From Candidatus Yonathbacteria bacterium (GTDB lineage Bacteria; Patescibacteriota; Minisyncoccia; Phycocordibacterales; UBA1550): 55,863 nt of DNA. The DNA lies in NCBI GenBank assembly GCA_003483855.1, contig DMXP01000002.1, forward strand, positions 56,851 through 112,713, written 5' to 3'. The notes beneath the pieces are model-generated. The model had not been told where the DNA came from. It searched no databases and saw only the letters and a program-made list of their open reading frames with translations. Below are positions 17,928 to 25,189 of this stretch, piece by piece (the stretch's first letter is position 1; every line of letters begins with the position of its first letter). The position numbers and the translations under genes were made by a program.

Positions 17928-17969
17928 TTTGAGCGTGAACCGCTGTTCATATTTGCTATACTTAAGTAT

Positions 17970-18608
17970 ATGAACAAACGCCTTATCCTTTTCCTCTGCA
18001 TCGCAATAATAATTGCATTTCTATTTTGGTATTCAAGCGTTCTTCAGAGCGCGTTTTATACTATCGCGGGATACCTAAATACGCTCGCCGTAGAAAATGA
18101 GCTTCTCGCGATTTTTGTGTTTGTTCTAACGTCAGCTCTTGCCGCGCTTATCAGCCCTCTAACAAACATCCCACTTGTACCAATCGCGACATTAATTTGG
18201 GGGCCTATACCTACTATAATTTTTTTGCTCGCTGGATGGCTCATTGGCGACATCATTGCGTATCTCATTGGGCGCTACTATGGCTACAAGGTTGTTTCTT
18301 ATTTCGTATCAAAAGAAAAAGTTGATGATTGGAGCAGTATGGTCAAAAAACACACAACTTTTTCCACCGCTTTGCTTTTACGCGTCGCTCTTCCTGCCGA
18401 GCTTGGGTACGCGTTTGGCATCATTCGTTATCCGTTGAATTTATACATATTTATTACATTTCTCGCAGAGTTGCCGTTTGCTATTATTTCCACATATGCG
18501 AGCGAGGCAGTATTGCTTGGCGACGCTATGAAATTCTTTGGGCTCATAGGAATATTGTTTGTGGTCATCATTGTAGCGTTCCGCACGACACATTCGGATT
18601 TGGTATAA
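17970..18608 (+). CDS. VTT/DedA (TVP38/TMEM64-like) membrane protein
   Basis: Multi-TM; GDIIAYLIGRYYG and LLLRVALP..L.Y.FG pattern. Confidence 0.8.
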   Translation: MNKRLILFLCIAIIIAFLFWYSSVLQSAFYTIAGYLNTLAVENELLAIFVFVLTSALAALISPLTNIPLVPIATLIWGPIPTIIFLLAGWLIGDIIAYLIGRYYGYKVVSYFVSKEKVDDWSSMVKKHTTFSTALLLRVALPAELGYAFGIIRYPLNLYIFITFLAELPFAIISTYASEAVLLGDAMKFFGLIGILFVVIIVAFRTTHSDLV

Positions 18609-18615
18609 TTGGCGT

Positions 18616-18756
18616 ATGGACGCGCCTATCTCCCTAAAAAACTCAAATTCTAAGGTCATTTTGCACATAGACGGCGATGCGTTTTTTGTGGGTGTTGAAT
18701 GCGCAAAAAATCCTAAGTTAAAAGGTTTACCTGTGGTGACTGGAGAGGAGCGTTAA
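18616..18756 (+). pseudogene. dinB: Truncated 5' fragment (46 aa) of a Y-family polymerase allele
   Basis: MDAPISLKNSNS-KVILHIDGDAFFVGVECAKNPKLKGLPVVTGEER-stop; 34 codons protein-identical to the N-terminus of 20309-21553. Confidence 0.9.
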
Positions 18757-18797
18757 GAGTATTAATTAATATTGTCTTTTAATGTTATAACTCGTTT

Positions 18798-19359
18798 CCC
18801 TGTGGTCTCTGCCACAGGGACCTTGTAGGAAAGTCAGAAAACCCTCGGTTTTCTGATGTATACTGTGCCAATGACTCCACAAAAAGGTTACCACTGTGCA
18901 TACGATACCCACTACCACATCGTGTTTCCCGTAAAGTATCGTAAGGCACTGCTCTCCGACGACGTAACGAAAACCATTAAGGAAATTTCAAAAGGACTTG
19001 AAGAACGCTACGATTTAACCATTGAGCAAGTAGGATGCGACAGTGACCACATACACATGTTGGTTTCCATTCATCCAAAATATTCAATTGGTCAATTCGT
19101 ACGTCTCTACAAAAGCATCACCGCGAAGCAAGTCTTTTTGAAATTTCCTGAGGTAAAGAAAGACCTCTGGGGTGGAGAATTCTGGACAGATGGTTACTAT
19201 GTTGCAACCGTCGGAGAGAAGGCGAACTGGTCTATCGTAGAACGATACGTAAAGAATCAGGGGAAACACGATGAAAAGCCTCCCACACTATGGTAGACTG
19301 TTACTACTAACGAACTGCGTCATGGGCCCGGGTCATACCCTGTGGTCTCTGCCACAGGG
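18798..19359 (+). mobile_element. IS200/IS605-family element, tnpA only, with identical subterminal hairpins
   Basis: CCCTGTGG-TCTCTG-CCACAGGG at 18798-18819 and 19338-19359 flanks a Y1 transposase; exact ends lie a short, undetermined distance outside the hairpins. Confidence 0.88.
18871..19296 (+). CDS. tnpA: IS200/IS605 Y1 (HUH) transposase
   Basis: HYHIVFPVKYR, DHIHML (HUH), LWGGEFWTDGYYVATVG, catalytic Y in RYVKNQ. Confidence 0.95.
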   Translation: MTPQKGYHCAYDTHYHIVFPVKYRKALLSDDVTKTIKEISKGLEERYDLTIEQVGCDSDHIHMLVSIHPKYSIGQFVRLYKSITAKQVFLKFPEVKKDLWGGEFWTDGYYVATVGEKANWSIVERYVKNQGKHDEKPPTLW

Positions 19360-19383
19360 TTGTTGATTAGCCTAATAAACAAA

Positions 19384-20025
19384 ATGTTACGTTTTCAAAT
19401 ATTTAAAAAAAAACTACCAAAAGTCACCATAGAGTACAGCAAGCTGCTCGATTCTTTTTTTGTTTTTTACTGCCAAAATAAACCTGAATTAAAAAAAGGT
19501 TGGAGTGATTGGGCTCCTCTTCCTACAGATAAATTAATTGAGAATGTTGAACTATTTAGACAGGCTTGGGAAAAGGATGGAAAAAGGATGCTTCTGGAGG
19601 CCTGCAGTGTTCTTAATTTGGATTTTTCCAGAAATATCATTCCAGTTTATGTTGTTAGTGGAAGCCCAAGACCGTTCGGAGATCCGGTAGTTATTAGAGC
19701 TGATTTTGCAAGGCCAGATAGTTTTATAGATGTACTCGTCCATGAGCTGATACATGTACTATTTGCCGATAATCAAAAAAAAGTTCCATGGAGTATTCAT
19801 ATGGAGATGTTCCCCAATGAAAACCCTGATACACAGAACCATATTATTGTTCATGCAGTACTCAAGTATGTTTATTTAGATGTGTTGAAAGATCCAGAGA
19901 GACTACAAAGAGATGTCAATAGATCGGCAAAACACAGAAGTAGCGACTATGTGCGTGCATGGGAAATTGTAGAGCAATATGGATACCAGGAATTAATAAC
20001 TAAATTTCTGAGTAAATATAAATAA
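19384..20025 (+). CDS. Hypothetical protein with HExxH motif (zincin-like)
   Basis: DVLVHELIHVLF; start placed after the IS right hairpin. Confidence 0.6.
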   Translation: MLRFQIFKKKLPKVTIEYSKLLDSFFVFYCQNKPELKKGWSDWAPLPTDKLIENVELFRQAWEKDGKRMLLEACSVLNLDFSRNIIPVYVVSGSPRPFGDPVVIRADFARPDSFIDVLVHELIHVLFADNQKKVPWSIHMEMFPNENPDTQNHIIVHAVLKYVYLDVLKDPERLQRDVNRSAKHRSSDYVRAWEIVEQYGYQELITKFLSKYK

Positions 20026-20056
20026 AAACCTCTCCGCAGTAGACTGGGAGAGGTTT
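20026..20056. terminator. Hairpin between convergent ORFs
   Basis: AAACCTCTCC...GGAGAGGTTT 10-bp stem with inner CAGT/ACTG. Confidence 0.65.
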
Positions 20057-20076
20057 GTTGGTAGTGGCTGGTTGTC

Positions 20077-20169
20077 TTATCCTTGCTGGCTTCCGTCGCC
20101 GTCTGGCCCGTGCGGATCTGGATAGGATGGGGCATCCTTGTCATCGCCATACAATTTTTGCTTGCTCAT
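20077..20169 (-). CDS. 30-aa acidic peptide (MSKQKLYGDDKDAPSYPDPHGPDGDGSQQG)
   Basis: GAGGAG SD 6 nt upstream, TTGACG-N18-TACTAT promoter upstream, terminator hairpin downstream. Confidence 0.5.
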   Translation of the reverse strand: MSKQKLYGDDKDAPSYPDPHGPDGDGSQQG

Positions 20170-20308
20170 GATAAGCTCCTCTGGTTGTGGGTTCATCTGT
20201 TAGCGGACGCCAACAGTAATTATATAGTAGCATGTAATATGTGTGTTCGTCAAGTTGCTTTGCAATAAGGACGCACACCCCTATCATATTTGCTACAATA
20301 TGGGGTAA

Positions 20309-21553
20309 ATGAGCCCACAGACCACAAAAAATAAGGTCATTTTGCACATAGACGGTGATGCTTTTTTTGTGGGTGTGGAATGCGCAAAAAATCCTAAACT
20401 AAAGGGTTTGCCAGTAGTGACTGGCGAAGAGCGGGGAATTGTTTCAGCTCTTTCGTACGAAGCAAAGGCGCTTGGCGTTGTGCGTGGTATGTCGATATTT
20501 AAAATTAAAAAAGAATTCCCAAATGTCGTCGTCCTTCCGGGCGACTACAAATCGTACGTAGAGTATTCCAGCAAGATGTTTGAAATCGTAAACAGATACG
20601 CGTATGGCGTGGAGGAGTACAGCATTGACGAATGTTTTGCCGATGTTACTGGTTTGGATAGAACTCTCAAAAAAACTTACAGAGAAATTGCTGAAAAAAT
20701 TAAAAAGGAAATCGGTGACGAGCTCGGGATCTCGGTGTCCATTGGTCTCGCGCCAACAAAAGTTCTAGCGAAAGTTGCATCCAACTGGGTGAAGCCAAAT
20801 GGTCTGACAATAATTGACGCAAACACCGCAGGAGATTTTCTCGCCAAAGTGCCTATCGGAAAAGTGTGGGGGATAGGACCGAGAACTGCGGAGGTACTAA
20901 TACGCCGAGGCGCAAAAACAGCGCTTGATTTTCGCGAGAAGGATCTCCTGTGGGTAAAAAAGTGCCTGTCAAAACCTTATGTGGCAATTTGGCTGGAGCT
21001 AAACAGCGTTTTGGTTATGGGTGTGAACACAGAAGTAAAGAGCACATACTCCTCCATTCAAAAAACGCGAACGTTTCACCCTACGACAAATGATAAAGTT
21101 TTTCTGTGGTCGCAGATTTCAAAACACATAGAAGACGCGTGCCGAAAGGCGCGATATTACGAATTAACTCCAAAGAAAATTTCTATTTTTCTCAAGACAA
21201 ATGATTTCAAAATAGCATCTGCTTCAACCACGCTTCCATCGCCATCAAACTCGCCAGAAATATCTCTTTCACTCGCGCGCGAGCTGTTTAAAAAAATTCA
21301 CGCAAAGGGTATTTTGTACAGAACTGCAGGCGTAACACTGGAAGCCCTCACTGCCGATTTTACGCCTCATGCAGACTTGTTTGGAGAAACAGCAAAGGGT
21401 GACAAATTTGACCTCATACACAAGCAGATTGATTTTTTGGAGAACAAACTTGGCAAACGCGTAATTTACCTTGGTTCAACCAAGCAGGCTCTTGACCACA
21501 AAGAACTCGGTACAGATGCCGACGAGCTTGACCGCGATTTGCTGTTTTTGTGA
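20309..21553 (+). CDS. dinB: Y-family DNA polymerase (Pol IV/UmuC-like)
   Basis: HIDGDAFF, SALSYEAK, YSIDE catalytic motif, K.LAKVAS, VWGIGP, little-finger domain. Confidence 0.92.
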   Translation: MSPQTTKNKVILHIDGDAFFVGVECAKNPKLKGLPVVTGEERGIVSALSYEAKALGVVRGMSIFKIKKEFPNVVVLPGDYKSYVEYSSKMFEIVNRYAYGVEEYSIDECFADVTGLDRTLKKTYREIAEKIKKEIGDELGISVSIGLAPTKVLAKVASNWVKPNGLTIIDANTAGDFLAKVPIGKVWGIGPRTAEVLIRRGAKTALDFREKDLLWVKKCLSKPYVAIWLELNSVLVMGVNTEVKSTYSSIQKTRTFHPTTNDKVFLWSQISKHIEDACRKARYYELTPKKISIFLKTNDFKIASASTTLPSPSNSPEISLSLARELFKKIHAKGILYRTAGVTLEALTADFTPHADLFGETAKGDKFDLIHKQIDFLENKLGKRVIYLGSTKQALDHKELGTDADELDRDLLFL

Positions 21554-21689
21554 TTCTATTTTTGCCAAAATTTGACATAAAAACCATAGTAGTGTAGTAT
21601 ATGCAAATCGACCCACCCGGGCCGATTTCGTTTTTTACCAAGAAGGCAAGAACGAATGTTCTTTCAACCATAACTACGAGGGTTCAAAT

Positions 21690-21995
21690 ATGCAAAAGCA
21701 AAATAAGGGTAACCAAATGTTCAAAACCGTTCCGATCATTCTGGACACAGGAATCACCGCCACGATGAAACCGCAGGATATCCCGGAAGACAAGTGGAGC
21801 CACCATCACGGGAAAACGGCGGCAGGCCAGCAGGTCAACAGCTTGCAGTCAGCCACAATCGGAAAATCCCTGATCCTCCGCAAGAATACCGGCGGTCCAG
21901 TGCTCTCCGTCTCGCAGGCCGAGTTCGAAGTTGCCGCGGTTCAGATCCTGGCCGGCATGGGCTACAAGATGCAGGCCCCCACAAACCTCAGCTAA
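21690..21995 (+). CDS. Hypothetical protein, visibly GC-rich codons
   Basis: TTGACA-N17-TAGTAT promoter, GAGGG SD, own terminator. Confidence 0.65.
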   Translation: MQKQNKGNQMFKTVPIILDTGITATMKPQDIPEDKWSHHHGKTAAGQQVNSLQSATIGKSLILRKNTGGPVLSVSQAEFEVAAVQILAGMGYKMQAPTNLS

Positions 21996-22017
21996 CCTCT
22001 GAGGTCGTAGTAAAACC

Positions 22018-22050
22018 AAAGACGGTCCCCATAAAGGGCCGTCTTTTTTT
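22018..22050 (+). terminator. Intrinsic terminator
   Basis: AAAGACGGTCCC-CATAAA-GGGCCGTCTTT followed by a T run. Confidence 0.75.
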
Positions 22051-22093
22051 TCTTGCAAATTTTTTAAATGTCCAGATGTGATATAATTTTAAT

Positions 22094-22480
22094 ATGAAAG
22101 GATACATTTCAAATATTGAAAAAGCAACTCTTGAAAATACAGACTATCGTCGCGTGCTTTATACCGCGAAAAACAGCCAGCTTGTTTTAATGAGTATTGC
22201 TCCAGGAGATGAGATTGGAGAGGAGACGCACCACCTTGATCAATTTCTTCGTTTTGAGAGCGGGGAAGGGAAGGTAATTCTGGATGGAGTGGAACACGAT
22301 GTCTCTAATGGATTTGCAGTAGTCATCCCGCAAGGCACAAAACACAATGTCATCAACACTGGAAGTACGCACCTGAAGCTTTATAGTGTTTACTCGCCGG
22401 CGGAGCACAAGGACGGCACTGTGCATAAAACTAAATCAGACGAACGCGAGGAACACTTTGACGGAGTCACAACAGAATAA
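22094..22480 (+). CDS. Cupin domain protein
   Basis: QLVLMSI.PG.EIGEETH..DQF, HNVINTG, LYSVYSPAEH. Confidence 0.88.
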   Translation: MKGYISNIEKATLENTDYRRVLYTAKNSQLVLMSIAPGDEIGEETHHLDQFLRFESGEGKVILDGVEHDVSNGFAVVIPQGTKHNVINTGSTHLKLYSVYSPAEHKDGTVHKTKSDEREEHFDGVTTE

Positions 22481-22611
22481 TGCTTGTTGATGGGAACAAA
22501 ATCACAAAGACTCTTGAAGAGAAGCTTGCAACAGAGCTTCTCTTTATGACGCCAGTCCCCGGTGGAGTCGGCCCAATCACTATTGTTAGCCTATTACGAA
22601 ATCTCTTGTAA
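22480..22611 (+). pseudogene. folD: Internally deleted folD remnant (43 aa; N- and C-termini fused in frame)
   Basis: MLVDGNKITKTLEEKL (FolD-like N-terminus, DG motif) joined to LFMTPVPGGVGPITIVSLLRNLL (FolD C-terminal signature TPVPGGVGP). Confidence 0.8.
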
Positions 22612-22661
22612 TCCTTCATTTTTTGTGTTATTATTAAAATATGGTTGGAAACAAGAAAAAT

Positions 22662-22868
22662 ATGAAGGAAGCGCCTGTGTTGATTCCAGTTTCAGAATTC
22701 TTGGAATCCTACAACAAAAATATGCCTGCTGGGTGGCCTCGAGTCACTGGAGCGCTTCTACAAAAGTTTAGAGACGCTCACGCGTCGCTCTTTACTCATG
22801 GCGACCTTTGGTCACTAGATCAGCACAGAAAAAAACTAATGGATTGGCTTCCACGCAATTCAGACTAA
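22662..22868 (+). CDS. Small hypothetical protein
   Basis: 68-aa ORF with plausible composition ending WSLDQHRKKLMDWL; followed by a hairpin and T run. Confidence 0.6.
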   Translation: MKEAPVLIPVSEFLESYNKNMPAGWPRVTGALLQKFRDAHASLFTHGDLWSLDQHRKKLMDWLPRNSD

Positions 22869-22911
22869 AACACCTAACCTGGTGTTTTTTTGTTATAATA
22901 AGACCTACAAA

Positions 22912-24414
22912 ATGATAATCTCAAAAACCATATTTCTTGATTATGTTTTCTGTCCAAAGAACACTTGGCTCAAGCTTTACAAGAAGGAGCTCCTAGAAAA
23001 GTTTGAACTTTCGGCTTTTGAGCAAAATCTTATGGAGCAGGGGAACGAGGTGGAGGCAGAGGCGCACAAGCTTTCAATTTTTTCTGGCGGTGTAGAGGTT
23101 CTGGAAAGAGGCGAGGAGGCTGTAGAGAAAACCCGCGAGCTAATGGAAGAGCGAACGCCATGTATTTTTCAGGCAACATTTATTGAGGATGGCTTCATTG
23201 CGCGAAACGACGCGCTCGTGTGGAATGGAAAAGAAAGTTGTTGGGATTTGTATGAAATAAAAGGCACAAACTCGCTCAAAGAGGGCGGTACCGACCACAA
23301 TCATATTGACGACCTCACGTTTCAGGCGTCGGTTCTTTCTCGCGCGGACGTGCCAATGGGAAAATATTTCCTTGTTCATCTAAACAAGGATTATGTTCGT
23401 TTCGGAGCTCTTAACACAGAAGAGCTATTTTTGATTGAGGACCAAACTGAGGCCGTCACCGCGGGTCTTCCATTGGTTGAGGAACAAATGAAAACAGCCA
23501 AGGAATATTTAAATAATAAAAAGGAGCCTTCTGGCGGGTGCGAATGTATCTACAACGGAAGGAGTCGCCACTGCACAACTTTTAAGTATTCAAATCCTGA
23601 AGTGCCGGATTATTCTATACATGATATCTCACGCATTGGCACAAGCAAGAAGAAACTTGCAACGCTTGTTGATGGAAAAATATTCAACATGCTGGATATT
23701 CCCGAAGATATGGAACTTTCTGATGTTCAAGTGAACCAGATTACAGTGCATCGCAAGCAACAGTCAATGGTAAACAAGGATGGCATTGCTGATGAAATAA
23801 AAGACCTCGTATTTCCTTTATATTTTTTTGATTATGAAACATACGCGCCGGCTATCCCAGCGTTTGATGGTTTTCGCCCGTACCAAAGAATTCCATTCCA
23901 ATTCTCACTTCACATACTAGAGAAGCCGGGAGAAAAAATGTCCCATATTGAATACCTTCACGAAAAGAGGAGCGACCCTTCTGATGCTGTGGCGAAACTT
24001 CTAGAAAAACATATCGGTAAGTCAGGAACTGTTATCGCATGGAACAAATCTTTTGAGGCTGGCGTAAATCGCGAGCTCGGTGAGCGACTACCTGAGCACA
24101 AGGCTACGATGGAGCGTATCAATAATATGCTCTACGACCTTATGGATGTGTTTAAAAAACAACATTACGTCCATCCAAAATTTAAAGGAAGCACCTCCAT
24201 TAAAAAAGTTCTCCCCGCGCTTGTTGATTTGTCGTACGACAGCCTTGTTATTAAAGAGGGCGGGCAGGCATCCAACTCGTGGTGGGAGATGACAGACAAA
24301 AAAACTCCTCCAGAAACAAGCGGGCATATTTCAAAACACCTAAAAATTTATTGTGGACAAGATACTTACGCTATGTATGCTATTTGGGAAAAGCTCTATC
24401 AGATGCTCGCGTAA
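22912..24414 (+). CDS. DUF2779-type protein (N-terminal PD-(D/E)XK-like and C-terminal RNase-H-like domains)
   Basis: NDAL...LYEIKGT; FFDYETY, PYQRIPFQFSLH, IAWNKSFE, GSTSIKKVLP, YCGQDT. Confidence 0.75.
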   Translation: MIISKTIFLDYVFCPKNTWLKLYKKELLEKFELSAFEQNLMEQGNEVEAEAHKLSIFSGGVEVLERGEEAVEKTRELMEERTPCIFQATFIEDGFIARNDALVWNGKESCWDLYEIKGTNSLKEGGTDHNHIDDLTFQASVLSRADVPMGKYFLVHLNKDYVRFGALNTEELFLIEDQTEAVTAGLPLVEEQMKTAKEYLNNKKEPSGGCECIYNGRSRHCTTFKYSNPEVPDYSIHDISRIGTSKKKLATLVDGKIFNMLDIPEDMELSDVQVNQITVHRKQQSMVNKDGIADEIKDLVFPLYFFDYETYAPAIPAFDGFRPYQRIPFQFSLHILEKPGEKMSHIEYLHEKRSDPSDAVAKLLEKHIGKSGTVIAWNKSFEAGVNRELGERLPEHKATMERINNMLYDLMDVFKKQHYVHPKFKGSTSIKKVLPALVDLSYDSLVIKEGGQASNSWWEMTDKKTPPETSGHISKHLKIYCGQDTYAMYAIWEKLYQMLA

Positions 24415-24487
24415 ACTCGGGGTTAGCAAAGTGACATTAGTTTTAATAATGATATAATATTGGTAATTATTAAGTAATAGATAGAAT

Positions 24488-24901
24488 ATGAAAGAATTAA
24501 TCAAATGGAGCGACATGTACAAACTCGGCTTAGAGGAAATTGATCCTCAGCACCAAAAGCTCGTTGGGATTATTAACAGGCTTTATCAGGTGATGCAGGA
24601 ATCAACTGAAAAGGATGAATTGAATACAATCTTTAGTGAGCTTACTGATTACGCAGAATATCATTTTTCAACAGAGGAGAGACACTTTGAGGAATTTAAC
24701 TACATAGACAAGGTAGAACACACTAGATCTCATGAAGCATATAAAGAAAGGATTGCTCATTTTGCAAAGGAATACGAGGATAAGGGGTCGACAATACTAC
24801 CTTTCCAGTTGCTTGATTATCTTGGGGAATGGTGGACTGGACATATTCTTGGTGAAGACCGCAAGTATGTTGAGTGCTTCCACGAACACGGTTTGAAATA
24901 A
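24488..24901 (+). CDS. Bacteriohemerythrin
   Basis: W...Y..G..EID.QH, YHF..EE, H...H, W..GHILGED: full di-iron ligand set. Confidence 0.9.
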   Translation: MKELIKWSDMYKLGLEEIDPQHQKLVGIINRLYQVMQESTEKDELNTIFSELTDYAEYHFSTEERHFEEFNYIDKVEHTRSHEAYKERIAHFAKEYEDKGSTILPFQLLDYLGEWWTGHILGEDRKYVECFHEHGLK

Positions 24902-24910
24902 AAAATACAT

Positions 24911-25156
24911 ATGTCATATGTTGTGTATATATTAGAATGCGTAGACGGCACATTTTATGTTGGTAGCACAGACAATCTAAAAAAAAGGCTGTACGCGCAC
25001 AACAATCTAAAAAGTGGCGCTCATTACACAAAAATCCGCCGACCTGTCGTGCTTAAATATTCCGAGGAAGTGCCAGACTTTGCAATAGCTCGCGCGCGCG
25101 AGGCTGAATTCAAAAGGTGGAGCAGGTCAGAGAAGTTGGATTTCATAAACTCGTAG
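24911..25156 (+). CDS. GIY-YIG nuclease family protein (UPF0213-like)
   Basis: YVVYIL.C.DGTFYVGST..L..R...HN, GAHYT..RRP. Confidence 0.88.
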   Translation: MSYVVYILECVDGTFYVGSTDNLKKRLYAHNNLKSGAHYTKIRRPVVLKYSEEVPDFAIARAREAEFKRWSRSEKLDFINS

Positions 25157-25189
25157 ACCTTATAGCGATAAATTTGCTAGAATGACAAA

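Noticed and set aside
17600-17930. Group I intron, tmRNA or split-tRNA interpretation of the tRNA-Gln locus
   Set aside because: No recognisable P/Q/R/S core or tag ORF; the outer fragments cannot form an acceptor stem (GATCAGA vs CCTCACA), and the inner tRNA is already complete.
19297-20025. tnpB/IscB downstream of tnpA
   Set aside because: The downstream ORF lies outside the right hairpin and lacks RuvC and Zn-ribbon motifs.
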